64,000 nucleotides of DNA from Syntrophales bacterium (GCA_049512055.1 JBEKXK010000001.1:28680-92679); one strand, 5' to 3'; counted from the stretch's first letter, positions 17,691 through 28,320 are shown. The notes: a model not told the origin generated them from the letters alone. Program-made: numbers and translations.

Positions 17691-19781
17691 ATGGAAGACA
17701 AAAAGACAAGGCAATCCATTCTCATTGACATCGGGAAAGTCAGAAAGGCTCCTGAGGAACCATTCCTGCCCCTCTGGTTTTTTCAGCACGATGATCTCAT
17801 TAATGCCATCGATGCTGGCAGCCGCATCAAAAAAGAAAATCTGATAAATACCCTGAACCGTATCCATTTTATGGGCGATTCTATCTGCGTCCTGTTGCGC
17901 CATCCTAAGTACGACGAAGCAATTCTCGTAAAGGCAATTTTGGAGAATATCGAAGGAGATGAATTTGCCTGTTCCTGGGATAAGAGTCACATGAGTTTCG
18001 GCCTGGAAAATTTCCAGTTCAGTTACCTGATAGTAATGGACCAACAGTCAATCATCCTTATTCCTGCAAAGCTTCTGGGTATCGACAGTGTAGGATTTAA
18101 GGTACTGTTGCCGGACGAGAGCTACCTTATAAGCAAGCGAGTGACAAATCGCTTTCCCTGCCGGGATGTCACTGCAGAGTTGACGCAGAGCGGTTTTTTG
18201 GCCAGAGGCAGCCTTATAGATTTCAGCCCGCAGTCTTTCCGCATAAAGGTAAGCCCTGAAATGCCCTCATCATATCACGAGTTCAATCCTGATGCCACGG
18301 TTACCATCAGATTAACGAGCGACGGTAAAATGCTTTTTTCGGGAAACTGCAGCTGTTTAAGACAAACGCATGAAATTCACGACTGGGAAATCGTCCTTGC
18401 TCCCCCGAGTGAACAAATCAAACGCTTCCAGACAAGAACGATTCGCCATCCGCGACGCCGGATATTCCCTCCGCCAATGGCCGTTTTTGAACATCCATTT
18501 TTTAAGAGAAAAGTCCAGCGAGAAATCACAGACATCTCCATTACAGGTTTTTCTGTGTATGACGATGTAAAAGACGGCATATTGTTGCCCGGAATGATTA
18601 TGCACGGCCTGTCAATAATCTATGCCGGGGAGTTGAAGATGCGTTGCACAGCCCAGGTGCTCTATCGCGGGAAACAGAATGAAAAAGGAATATTGTGCGG
18701 CATAGCCATCCTGGATATGGACGTCCACAGCTACAGCCGTTTGAATAGGATCATCACTTTAAATATGGACCATCATTCCTGCATATCTACGGAAGTGGAT
18801 ATGGATGCCCTCTGGGAATTCTTCTTCGATACCGGTTTCATATACCCTAAGAAGTATAAACTACTCCAGGACCACCGCGAAGATTTCAAAAAAACCTACA
18901 GAAAGCTCTATCAGGAAAATCCCGAGATCGCCATGCACTTTACCTACGAGGAAAATGGGCGCATATACGGTCATATGTCCATGCTCAGGGCTTACGAGCG
19001 CGCATGGATGATACATCACCACGCAGCAAGGCCGATGCACAATAAACTGCCCGGCTTCCAGATTTTGAAACATATGATACTTTTTTTGTACGGCATGTAC
19101 CATCTCCCTTCCGCAAATATGGACTACGTCATGTGCTTCTTCCGTCCGGAGAACAAATTTCCCGACCGCGTCTTTGGAGGGTTTGCAAGGGATTTAAATA
19201 ATCCCCGCATCTGTTCTCTCGACCTTTTTTCTTACGTCACATTTCCCGTGGAAATGCCCCAGAGCCAGCTGCCGCCAGACTGGTCATTGCACGAAAGTAC
19301 CTATTCTGAATTATGGCAGCTCGAACAATTCTTGAAACATTCTTCCGGCGGCTTATTATTCGATGTACTAAATTTAGGGAAAAAGGACCCTGCAGATGAC
19401 TCACTGGAGAAGGTGTCCCAACGACTCGGTTTCATAAGAAAGTGGGCAGTCTACTCACTTGTCAACAGTGGTTGTCTAAAAACTGTCTTGATTGTCAATC
19501 AGTCTGATGTGGGAGTAAATTTATCGGAGCTGTTAAACGGCATCACAGTGCTGGTGATCGACACGGAAAGTCTGCCACGTGAAGTGCTTTACGTGGCTGT
19601 CGCACAACTTACAGGGGTTTATCACCTTGACAGCATTCCTCTTTTAATTTATCCATCTGACTATTCCGATGTTATGAAAATCCCGAGCGAAAAGAAATAC
19701 CAACTATGGATCACGTATATGCGCCATTCCAATAAGTTCCTGGAGTACGTGCAGCGGCATTTTAGAATGCGATACGAGTAG
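17691..19781 (+). CDS. tandem PilZ-domain protein with a large uncharacterised C-terminal domain (696 aa)
   Basis: Two c-di-GMP-type motif pairs: 'RVTNR...DFSPQS' (near-canonical) and 'RHPRR...DISITG' (canonical RxxxR / DxSxxG). I could not assign the ~145-aa N-terminus or the ~330-aa C-terminus. Confidence 0.7.
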   Translation: MEDKKTRQSILIDIGKVRKAPEEPFLPLWFFQHDDLINAIDAGSRIKKENLINTLNRIHFMGDSICVLLRHPKYDEAILVKAILENIEGDEFACSWDKSHMSFGLENFQFSYLIVMDQQSIILIPAKLLGIDSVGFKVLLPDESYLISKRVTNRFPCRDVTAELTQSGFLARGSLIDFSPQSFRIKVSPEMPSSYHEFNPDATVTIRLTSDGKMLFSGNCSCLRQTHEIHDWEIVLAPPSEQIKRFQTRTIRHPRRRIFPPPMAVFEHPFFKRKVQREITDISITGFSVYDDVKDGILLPGMIMHGLSIIYAGELKMRCTAQVLYRGKQNEKGILCGIAILDMDVHSYSRLNRIITLNMDHHSCISTEVDMDALWEFFFDTGFIYPKKYKLLQDHREDFKKTYRKLYQENPEIAMHFTYEENGRIYGHMSMLRAYERAWMIHHHAARPMHNKLPGFQILKHMILFLYGMYHLPSANMDYVMCFFRPENKFPDRVFGGFARDLNNPRICSLDLFSYVTFPVEMPQSQLPPDWSLHESTYSELWQLEQFLKHSSGGLLFDVLNLGKKDPADDSLEKVSQRLGFIRKWAVYSLVNSGCLKTVLIVNQSDVGVNLSELLNGITVLVIDTESLPREVLYVAVAQLTGVYHLDSIPLLIYPSDYSDVMKIPSEKKYQLWITYMRHSNKFLEYVQRHFRMRYE

Positions 19782-19799
19782 TACAGTGTCAAGACAAAG

Positions 19800-22640
19800 A
19801 TGAAAGATACCCCATTATACAACAGTAGAATCATTAAGAACTTTGTTGAATATATTAACGAGCATCACCCTGAGGTCAATACAAATGTTCTTCTCAGCTA
19901 TGCGGGAATTACAACCTACCAACTTGAAGATGGAGGCCACTGGTTCACTCAGAGTCAAATCGATCTTTTCCATGAAATAATGCAACAGCAAATTGGTGTG
20001 CCCAATATTGCTCGCGAAGTTGGCCGCAACACACCTTTTTCAAAGGCCACTAGTGCAGTGTCACAGTATGCACTAGGGTTCATTACACCTTCCGTCGCCT
20101 ATTCAATGCTCGGAAAGCTCCACGTTTTCTTCAGTCGCGCTGTGACAGTTTATACAAGAAATCTTGGTCCAAACCAAATCGAAATTCTTGCCAGCCCAAA
20201 TCCCGGTGTCCGAGAAAAACCCTTCCAGTGTGAGAATAGAATAGGAACCTTCGAAGCAATTGCCAAACTGTTTACAACCAAGTTCGCCAGTGTCGAACAC
20301 CCTACGTGCATACATAGAGGGGGAGATAGTTGCCGCTACGTAATAAGCTGGGAGAAAACTCCTTCGTTAGTATGGAAGACAATCCGCAATTACGTTGCAC
20401 TTTCGGCTTTTGTGGTCTGCCCGGTTTTATTCCTTATTCTCCACGACACCGAATGGGCTTGGACAGTGCCTGTCTTGCTGTACGTACTGTTGGTGTCGGG
20501 TTTTTTATATTACTCCGAGCATATGGAAAAAAGCGAACTCGCAGCAAACCTCAAAAGCCAAGGTGATTTAGCCAATACCCTCTTGGATGAGATTAACATC
20601 CGCTACAACAATGCCCTGCTCATTCAGGAGATCGGCCAGGCAACCGCCATGATTTTGGATAGCGCAAAGCTGCTCAAACTGGTTATGGAAGCCATGGCGA
20701 ATCGATTCGATTTTGATCGGGGTATGATTTTGCTGACCAACCAGGAGAAAACTCATCTGCTTTATAGTGCTGGTTACGGTTACAATCCTGGGCATGAGGA
20801 ATATCTCGCCGGAGTGGAGTTTCACCTTGATAGGCCACATTCGAAGGGACCCGCCGTGGAATCTTTTCGCTTGCAGAAACCTATCCTGATTGATGACATA
20901 TCCCAAATAGAAAACAACCTCTCAAAAAAGAGTCAGGTGTTTGCCCAGATGATGGGCGCCAAGTCATTCATATGTGTTCCCATTGTTTTCGAAAACGAGT
21001 CTTTGGGCGTCCTGATGGTTGACAACGTGAAATCAAAGAGACATCTCAGGCAGAGTGATGTGAGTTTGCTTATGGGGATTGCAACTCAGATCGCCATCAG
21101 CATAAATAACGCAACATCCTATCAAAGAGTGCTCGAAAGTGAAGAGCGGTTCCGATCCTTGAGTGAGAATGCCCCGGACATTATTTACACTCTTGATGCC
21201 AATTGTGCTTTTACTTACATAAATCCCGTCTGGGAGAAAATTCTGGGACATCGCCCTGATGAGGTCATAGGACGAAATTTTGTCGACTTCGTCAGGAAGG
21301 AGGACTCCGGAGAATATATTCAACTTTTTGAGCAGATAAGGGATGGACAGCTTATTCTAAGGGACAGGGTCGGCACCATTCTCCACAAAGATGGGTCGGA
21401 AAAGTTTTTTAATATCAGTGGAGCTCCAAATCTTGATTTAAAAGGAAATGTGACTGGTATCGTGGGAATATTCAGGGATATTTCCGAGCAGAAGCAGCTT
21501 GAATCACAGCTGCTCCATGCCCAGAAGATGGAAGCCGTAGGTACCCTTGCCGGGGGCATTGCCCATGATTTCAACAATCTCCTCACGGGCATACAGGGGT
21601 ATGCTTCTTTAATGTTTCTCGATATGAATATCACTCATCCTCTTTATGACAAGCTAAAGGGAATTGAAGACCAGGTGAGAAGCGGTGCGGAGCTGACCAA
21701 GCAGCTATTGGGCTTTGCCCGTGGCGGCAAATATGAAGTCAGTGTGACCGATATGAACGAAATCATCAACAAGACGTCATCCATGTTCGGAAGGACGAAG
21801 AAGGAAATCACTATTCACAGGCAGTATAAAGACAATATCTGGGCGGTGGAGGTTGATCGCGGGCAGATAGAGCAGGTGCTCTTGAATATCTATGTAAATG
21901 CCTGGCAGGCCATGCCTGGCGGCGGGGATTTGTATCTGGAAACGGCTAACGTCTTTCTTGACGAGGAGTCTGCCAGACCGTATGGTGTGAAGCCCGGGAG
22001 GTATGTGCGTGTCGCGGTGACCGATACGGGTATCGGGATGGATGAACAGACGCGGGAGAGGATTTTTGAGCCCTTTTTCACGACGAAGGAGATGGGGAGG
22101 GGTACTGGCCTCGGGCTTGCGTCTGTTTACGGTATTGTCAAGGGACACAACGGTATAATAGATGTATACAGTGAAAAGGGTCACGGGGCGACCTTCACCA
22201 TCTATCTTCCTGCTTCGGAGAAGGAGCTTGTCAAGGAAGAGAAGGTTGCCACAGATATCGCAAGGGGTGAGGGAACGATCCTTCTCGTGGATGACGAAGA
22301 TGTGATCATCGATGTGGGCAGCGAGATCCTGGAGGTGCTGGGGTATAAAGTTTCTGTGGCCAGGAGTGGCAGGGAAGCTATAGAGAAATACAAAGAAATG
22401 CAAAATGAGATTGACATGGTTATCCTGGACATGATCATGCCGGAAATGGATGGAGGGGAGACATTCAACGCTCTCAAGTCCATCGATCCCGGCATTAAAG
22501 TGATCCTTTCCAGCGGATACAGCGCAGACGCACGTTCAACAAGGATGATGGAACAGGGTTGCTATGGCTTCATTCAGAAACCGTACAGCGTAAATACCCT
22601 TTCGCAAAAAGTGAGGGAGGTGTTGGACAAAAAAATATGA
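19800..22640 (+). CDS. hybrid sensor histidine kinase (V4R-like N-domain, 2 TM, GAF, PAS, HisKA, HATPase_c, REC)
   Basis: '[15 protein letters not shown]...[20 protein letters not shown]' is a V4R-like Cys pattern. Then come hydrophobic helices, a GAF-like region, a PAS region ('[18 protein letters not shown]'), the H-box '[11 protein letters not shown]', '[13 protein letters not shown]' and a receiver ('ILLVDDED', '[14 protein letters not shown]'). Confidence 0.9.
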   Translation: MKDTPLYNSRIIKNFVEYINEHHPEVNTNVLLSYAGITTYQLEDGGHWFTQSQIDLFHEIMQQQIGVPNIAREVGRNTPFSKATSAVSQYALGFITPSVAYSMLGKLHVFFSRAVTVYTRNLGPNQIEILASPNPGVREKPFQCENRIGTFEAIAKLFTTKFASVEHPTCIHRGGDSCRYVISWEKTPSLVWKTIRNYVALSAFVVCPVLFLILHDTEWAWTVPVLLYVLLVSGFLYYSEHMEKSELAANLKSQGDLANTLLDEINIRYNNALLIQEIGQATAMILDSAKLLKLVMEAMANRFDFDRGMILLTNQEKTHLLYSAGYGYNPGHEEYLAGVEFHLDRPHSKGPAVESFRLQKPILIDDISQIENNLSKKSQVFAQMMGAKSFICVPIVFENESLGVLMVDNVKSKRHLRQSDVSLLMGIATQIAISINNATSYQRVLESEERFRSLSENAPDIIYTLDANCAFTYINPVWEKILGHRPDEVIGRNFVDFVRKEDSGEYIQLFEQIRDGQLILRDRVGTILHKDGSEKFFNISGAPNLDLKGNVTGIVGIFRDISEQKQLESQLLHAQKMEAVGTLAGGIAHDFNNLLTGIQGYASLMFLDMNITHPLYDKLKGIEDQVRSGAELTKQLLGFARGGKYEVSVTDMNEIINKTSSMFGRTKKEITIHRQYKDNIWAVEVDRGQIEQVLLNIYVNAWQAMPGGGDLYLETANVFLDEESARPYGVKPGRYVRVAVTDTGIGMDEQTRERIFEPFFTTKEMGRGTGLGLASVYGIVKGHNGIIDVYSEKGHGATFTIYLPASEKELVKEEKVATDIARGEGTILLVDDEDVIIDVGSEILEVLGYKVSVARSGREAIEKYKEMQNEIDMVILDMIMPEMDGGETFNALKSIDPGIKVILSSGYSADARSTRMMEQGCYGFIQKPYSVNTLSQKVREVLDKKI

Positions 22641-22894
22641 TAGCGACTTGCAGTATATTATCTGGTCCGCTGAGCAATGAATTCCGTTTGCGACAAAGAA
22701 CTGTAGAAACAAAATGGTCGTCCGAGGAAGAAAAAGCAACTTATTCTGTTTATCTCAGAAGAGAAACACAAGCCAGCCTACAAATTCGAAACAAATAATT
22801 TTACTTGATTATACAACAAACCGTGTTATCCTCCAAAATGTGACTTTCGTTTTGGTCATTTTCTTCTGTTCAATACAGTAAAGGAAGGCATTTT

Positions 22895-23725
22895 ATGAGA
22901 CCGGTCTTAGATTATGCAACGTGGGTAAATGACAATAGAGAGCATCTGAAGACATTCTCCGATAAACGTGTTTTTGTTACGTACGCAGGCGGAAAGGATG
23001 CTTCCGTAATACTCCATTTTCTCATACAGGCAAGAAGGGACTTCCGTTTTGAATTTGAAACACATGCGGCTATGTTCCCGACGCACGTTTATACGAACGA
23101 CGAAGTGAGCAAACTTGATTCATACTGGAAAGCGCGAGATATACACATAACCTGGCATCCTGTACCCGCAAATGAATCCGCTTTCGACATAGCCAAGCAA
23201 AAGGGGACAAATCCTTGCGAGGTATGTCATGCGGCAAAGAGGAAGAGATTTCTGGAATACTTGAATCAGACTACCACTGACTGGGATTCTCTTGTCATCA
23301 TTGTTGGTTGGTCACTTTGGGACCTTGTCGGCTACTCGCTGGAATATTTATTCGGCAGTGTCTATGCGAATAACGACAATATGTTCCAGGGGAAAAATAT
23401 CAATGACAGATATTTCAGGACCGGCCAGCGCTTTTATCCCATGTTGAAGATGAAAGAAGGCTATACTTTATTCAAACCGCTACTCAGGTACAATGACCAG
23501 GACATTAGAAAAGTGATTCATGATAATCAAATACCGATTCTAACCACGGATTGTAAATATAAGGACTACAGACCCAAACGGCTGTTTGCTGACTGTTACA
23601 TACAGATGGACCTTTATTTCGACTACGATAAGGTATTGAAATTCGCTCGGGAAGCGCTTGCCCTGCAAGAACCAACCTCATATACCAATATTAGCAAAGA
23701 GAATTTCATAACATCAATCTTTTGA
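22895..23725 (+). CDS. PP-loop (N-type ATP pyrophosphatase) protein, TtcA/TilS-like with degenerate motifs
   Basis: PP-loop 'VTYAGGKDAS', 'NPCEVCHAAKRKRFLEYL' (TtcA-like C..C...KR..L) and 'FKPLLRYNDQDIRKVIHDNQIP'. The usual GHxxDD box reads 'GWSLWD'. RBS AAGGAAGG. Confidence 0.65.
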   Translation: MRPVLDYATWVNDNREHLKTFSDKRVFVTYAGGKDASVILHFLIQARRDFRFEFETHAAMFPTHVYTNDEVSKLDSYWKARDIHITWHPVPANESAFDIAKQKGTNPCEVCHAAKRKRFLEYLNQTTTDWDSLVIIVGWSLWDLVGYSLEYLFGSVYANNDNMFQGKNINDRYFRTGQRFYPMLKMKEGYTLFKPLLRYNDQDIRKVIHDNQIPILTTDCKYKDYRPKRLFADCYIQMDLYFDYDKVLKFAREALALQEPTSYTNISKENFITSIF

Positions 23726-23863
23726 AGCAATGCGTCGCGACTGTGAGAAGCATGCGACACATTCACAATTACCATTTCCGAAACATCTTTGTCATTGCGT
23801 AGATAATTACGCCCCCAGCTTAGGCCACAATCTCCTTCACGGAAAGTTCAACAATGGTATCAG

Positions 23864-24859
23864 CTAGACCACGCCTTTTATGATTCCCGAGTCACTTGGA
23901 AACTGGGAGGGAATGCGCTTAATCTCCTTCGCCCCGGCCTGGGCAAGCATCTCCATTATTTCCGCCTCAGAGTAAGACCTGCCGTTTGCCGTTCCGAGGA
24001 GCATATTTAGGGAAAAAAGTGCCGGCTGAAGCGGACCGTCCATGGAGTTTTCCAGGATAAATTCATGGATCAACAACAGGCCTCTGGGCTCCAAGACTGA
24101 CGCCGCTTTCCCGATTATCCTCTGACAATCCTCTGGACCTTCCGCATGGAGAATTTGAGAAAGCCATGCTACGTCATAGCTTCCGGGAATATCTTCCTTC
24201 AGGTAATCGCCTGACACGAAATCAATCCGGTCTGATAGGCCGAACTTCTCTATTGTCTTTACCGCATATGGTTCGGTTCCCGGAAGGTCATAGACCGTCG
24301 CCTTCAGCCGGGGGTTGTTGAGGCAGAAGTGGATGGCATATGTGCCGGGCCCGCCGCCAAGATCAAGCAGGTGACGCCTTCCGGAGATATCTATTGTATT
24401 GACCAGCCGGGGAGCCAGATTCATGGCAATATTGAACATACCCATGAGAAAACTTTCCCGAGCTTCTTCGTCGCTCCCGGATGATCTTCCCCTCATGGGG
24501 CCGCCCGTCCTTACCGCATCATCCAGCTTCAACCACGATAGGGCAAGATGGTGATGATGCATGATCATATGGCCCATATATTCCGGGGATTTCTTGGAGA
24601 GAAAAGATGTACTGGACGGGGTGTTGGAGTATCTGTCGCCTCTCTTTACAAGAAGATTCATTGCCGCCATGGCGTTGAGCAGCATCACAACGCCTCTTTC
24701 CTTCGCGTTCAATCTCTGAGTAATATCCCCAGCTGTAAGTTCTTCGCTGTCTATTATAGTAAATATCCCGAGTTTAATCGCAGCGTGCAGGGCAAAAGAC
24801 TTCCAGTAATATCCCGATACCTTCAGCAGTTTATCAGGACTCCATGCCCGTGTCTCCAT
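23864..24859 (-). CDS. small-molecule O-methyltransferase (Methyltransf_2 type with N-terminal dimerisation/wHTH domain)
   Basis: 'LLDLGGGPGTYAIHF' SAM motif preceded by a COMT/CrtF-like dimerisation region. Start moved to ATG 24859 (AAGGGGA upstream), 13 nt after the rfbB stop. Confidence 0.8.
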   Translation of the reverse strand: METRAWSPDKLLKVSGYYWKSFALHAAIKLGIFTIIDSEELTAGDITQRLNAKERGVVMLLNAMAAMNLLVKRGDRYSNTPSSTSFLSKKSPEYMGHMIMHHHHLALSWLKLDDAVRTGGPMRGRSSGSDEEARESFLMGMFNIAMNLAPRLVNTIDISGRRHLLDLGGGPGTYAIHFCLNNPRLKATVYDLPGTEPYAVKTIEKFGLSDRIDFVSGDYLKEDIPGSYDVAWLSQILHAEGPEDCQRIIGKAASVLEPRGLLLIHEFILENSMDGPLQPALFSLNMLLGTANGRSYSEAEIMEMLAQAGAKEIKRIPSQFPSDSGIIKGVV

Positions 24860-24872
24860 ACAGGTCCCCTTT

Positions 24873-25940
24873 CTATTTAGAGCATTCCCCGTAATGCTCG
24901 TCAATCCACCTCTGGTATTCACCGCTCCTGATATTCCCAATCCATACTTTGTTCTCGAGGTACCATGTTATCGTTTTCCTGATGGCCGATGCGAAAGATT
25001 CCCGCGGAGCCCAGTTCAGATCCCTTTGCAGCTTGCTGAAGTCAATGGCGTACCTGCGGTCGTGCCCCGGTCTATCCTTCACAAAAGTGATCAGCTTTCT
25101 CCTCAACATCCCGTCAGGGGAAGGAAGTACCTCATCGAGGATATCGCAGATCATCTCCACAATGACGATGTTTTCCATCTCTGAATTGCCGCCTATATTA
25201 AACGTCCCTCCCCTTTCCCCGGATTGCATGATCGTCCAGATGGCCTCACAGTGATCTTTGACATACAGCCAGTCACGGACATTCCGGCCATCTCCATAGA
25301 CCGGCAGAGGCTTGTCCTCAACAGCATTTAAAATCATCAGAGGGATCAGCTTTTCCGGAAACTGGTAAGGGCCATAATTGTTGGAACAATTGGTAATGAC
25401 AACGGGGAGGCGGTAAGTCTCATGATAGGCACGGACCAGGTGATCCGAGGCCGCTTTGGAGGCTGAATAGGGACTGTTAGGCCGGTACGGGGTCTCCTCC
25501 GTAAAATATCCTTGTTCGCCGAGGCTGCCGAAGACCTCATCAGTACTAACATGATGAAAGAGGACAAATTTATCCGCCCTGGCCCTGGCAATCTCAAGGA
25601 GATTAAAAGTTCCGATAATATTCGTGTGGATGAAGCTCTCCGGCCTTTTGATCGACCTGTCGACGTGAGATTCCGCTGCGAAATGACAGACGGCATCAAT
25701 ATTGTAGTCAACGAAGATTTTCTCCATCCCATCGGCATTACAGATGTCCATCTTCTGAAAGACGTACCTGTCGCCAAATCGTTCATCTATGCCTTTGAGA
25801 TTCTCAGGATTACCCGCGTAGGTCAACTTATCGACATTAATTATCCTGCCCGTGAATTCTGTTTCCTTCAGCACATAATGGATGAAGTTACTGCCGATAA
25901 ACCCGCAGCCGCCGGTGACCATCAGATTATTGATATTCAC
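24873..25940 (-). CDS. rfbB: dTDP-glucose 4,6-dehydratase
   Basis: 'VTGGCGFIGSNF', 'YSASKAASDH' and 'RPGHDRRYAID'. GTG start with GGAAGGAG upstream. Confidence 0.95.
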   Translation of the reverse strand: MNINNLMVTGGCGFIGSNFIHYVLKETEFTGRIINVDKLTYAGNPENLKGIDERFGDRYVFQKMDICNADGMEKIFVDYNIDAVCHFAAESHVDRSIKRPESFIHTNIIGTFNLLEIARARADKFVLFHHVSTDEVFGSLGEQGYFTEETPYRPNSPYSASKAASDHLVRAYHETYRLPVVITNCSNNYGPYQFPEKLIPLMILNAVEDKPLPVYGDGRNVRDWLYVKDHCEAIWTIMQSGERGGTFNIGGNSEMENIVIVEMICDILDEVLPSPDGMLRRKLITFVKDRPGHDRRYAIDFSKLQRDLNWAPRESFASAIRKTITWYLENKVWIGNIRSGEYQRWIDEHYGECSK

Positions 25941-26122
25941 GTTACTCCTTCCCCTTTCATTCTTACACCAATTTTTCGGTAAAGCGATACGTTTTTCCTG
26001 CCTTGACAGATTGGCATCAACGGCAATCCATATGATATCTTCCCCTGCTCTTTATCAAATTACAAGTACGGGAGAAGATATTGAGATGACGCAAATCCCC
26101 TTCTTCGAGGCTCCCAGCAAAC

Positions 26123-26959
26123 TCATATATATGTCATACCACCGACATACCTTTTTTTGTAATAGCTACTCGACAAGTGATCTACACGGATATTCTTGCC
26201 TCTGCCCGCGGCATGGATAAATCGGCCGTCTCCTACATATATGCCCACGTGCGCTACCTTGTCCTTGCCGGAAGTGGCAAAAAAAACGAGGTCACCTTTC
26301 AGAAGGTCATTCCGCCCGACAGGGCTGCCTGTTTCATACTGCTGCTTGGATGACCGGGGGAGATCGAGCCCGTTTATCTGATAGACTGTCATTGACAAAC
26401 CGCTGCAGTCAAATCCGGTGTTTGGGGAGGTGCCGCCCCAGAGATATGGAACACCCACGAAGCTCTCGGCCGTTTTAATTAGCTCCTCCCTAATATACAC
26501 GTCGCCATACTTTTGTTGTTTGGCAACAGCATATTCATCGGGGTTGACAATATAAAATTCATCAATCACCCGCGAAGATTTGAGGCCCTCTGCCTTCTGG
26601 CGGGCTACGGCCTTTGATGGGTAATTGCCAAACCGCACCTTGTACAGCCCTGCGCGGGCTACGAAATATGTTGCATCCAACCCCCTGGCCTGGAGCTGGT
26701 CAGTCAGTCGGGCGGCATTTTCTACATCGGAAAAGGCGCCAACCTGAATGGTATAACCCAGACGGGCGAGAGGCTTGTCTATAACCCTTGGTCGACTACT
26801 GTATGCCCGAGGTCCTGTGCAACCTGAAAAAAGAAAGATAATCAGAAAAAGGACGCCCATTGCCTTCAGGAAGCATTGCAGTTTCAGACTAATGCCTGTT
26901 CCTCTCACGGGTCCGTTGGATTGCTCGCCAATCATTTTTTCAAACGTCCTAAACATCAT
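26123..26959 (-). CDS. SPOR-domain / NlpC-P60 (C40) cell-wall peptidase
   Basis: Signal/TM segment, SPOR-like 'YTIQVGAFSDVENAARL...YKVRFGNY', then 'YLWGGTSPNTGFDCSGL...GDLVFF...HVGIYVG'. The ATG overlaps the cca stop. Confidence 0.85.
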   Translation of the reverse strand: MMFRTFEKMIGEQSNGPVRGTGISLKLQCFLKAMGVLFLIIFLFSGCTGPRAYSSRPRVIDKPLARLGYTIQVGAFSDVENAARLTDQLQARGLDATYFVARAGLYKVRFGNYPSKAVARQKAEGLKSSRVIDEFYIVNPDEYAVAKQQKYGDVYIREELIKTAESFVGVPYLWGGTSPNTGFDCSGLSMTVYQINGLDLPRSSKQQYETGSPVGRNDLLKGDLVFFATSGKDKVAHVGIYVGDGRFIHAAGRGKNIRVDHLSSSYYKKRYVGGMTYI

Positions 26960-28320
26960 CCAGGCAACTTATCCGCCCAGCGATCCATGATCAGCCTGCG
27001 GGCCTCCTCGCACGTCGATATCGTCCCGTCAAGCTGCGCATCCTCAACAGCTTCAAGGATCTCGCCAAAAAGAGGGCTCGGAGGAAATCCCATGGCAACA
27101 AGATCATCTCCGGTGAGTAACCTCGGAGGATGCAGCTCATCCTCCCCCACTTCCGTAAGCTTGTTCCTGCAGAACTCATGGCTGTCGAGAAACCCATGGC
27201 TCGCAAGGCAGTCCAAACGATGAAGCTCAAGGTGCAGTTGGAAGTCGGGTATTCTGAGGAAGCGTTTTAGCCTGTTCGATCTCATATCTGTAACGTTCAT
27301 GAAGAGCATATGATAGTGAATGAGGGCAAGAATGGTCTCCATATCTGCACGGGAGAACCTGAAGCGCCGCATCAATGCTTCCGCGATCCTCTCGCCTTCG
27401 CGCACATGACCGTAGAAGTGAATGCCTGAATCATCTATGGAACCCGTGCAGGCCTTGCCAACGTCGTGTAATAGTACGCCCCAGGCAAGGCGTAAGTCGA
27501 TCTCCACGCCTTCTCCTCCTGAAGCCAGCAGGTCAAGCATTCGGAGTGTATGTTCCCATACGTCACCTTCCGGGTGAAATGCCGGCGGCTGTTCTATACC
27601 ACGCAGGCAATCTACCTCTGGTAAGATTTCTGCAAGAAGACCGGTTTCCGCCATTATTTCCATTCCGCGGCGCGCACCACCGCGCGTGAGGAGCTTCGTC
27701 AATTCATCTCGGATGCGCTCGGCACTGATACGTCTTATCTCGAAAGCATGTCGTTTTATGGCACGGGAAGTATCGGGATCAATTGCGTACCCAAGGTTGG
27801 CGGAAAAACGAAGAGCACGAAGCATTCTTAAATGATCTTCGGCAAAGCGCTCGTCAGGATTTCCGATTGTCCGGATTACACGGTCCTCGATATCCTTCTT
27901 GCCGCCGACATAATCGATGACGTTACCCGTCATAGGATCCATGAGTAGGGCGTTGATGGTGAAGTCGCGGCGGCACACATCCCCATATGCGCTCGTGAAT
28001 TCGACATGGGACGGCCTGCGCCCGTCCTCATAGCCACTCTCGGCGCGAAATGTGGCGACTTCATATCCATGACCTTCCTCAACCACAACGACGACGCCAA
28101 AACTCATACCCACTGGGACTGTATGAGGAAAGAGCGAACATACCTCCTCGGGCCGCGCGGAGGTAACGATGTCATAATCTCCGGGCTCCACGCTGCGCAG
28201 GAGATCACGCACGCATCCACCGACGAAGTATGCTTCATGGCCGGCATCTCGCAATCTACAAACAATACTTACCGCAGTATCGCGGGATGCTTTTAATTTT
28301 CCGGAACTATCAGCTAACAA
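26956..28320 (-). CDS. cca: CCA-adding tRNA nucleotidyltransferase (with HD domain)
   Basis: 'YFVGGCVRDLL', 'DYDIVT', 'RDFTINAL' and HD box 'LLHDVGK'. Confidence 0.85.
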   Translation of the reverse strand: MLADSSGKLKASRDTAVSIVCRLRDAGHEAYFVGGCVRDLLRSVEPGDYDIVTSARPEEVCSLFPHTVPVGMSFGVVVVVEEGHGYEVATFRAESGYEDGRRPSHVEFTSAYGDVCRRDFTINALLMDPMTGNVIDYVGGKKDIEDRVIRTIGNPDERFAEDHLRMLRALRFSANLGYAIDPDTSRAIKRHAFEIRRISAERIRDELTKLLTRGGARRGMEIMAETGLLAEILPEVDCLRGIEQPPAFHPEGDVWEHTLRMLDLLASGGEGVEIDLRLAWGVLLHDVGKACTGSIDDSGIHFYGHVREGERIAEALMRRFRFSRADMETILALIHYHMLFMNVTDMRSNRLKRFLRIPDFQLHLELHRLDCLASHGFLDSHEFCRNKLTEVGEDELHPPRLLTGDDLVAMGFPPSPLFGEILEAVEDAQLDGTISTCEEARRLIMDRWADKLPG

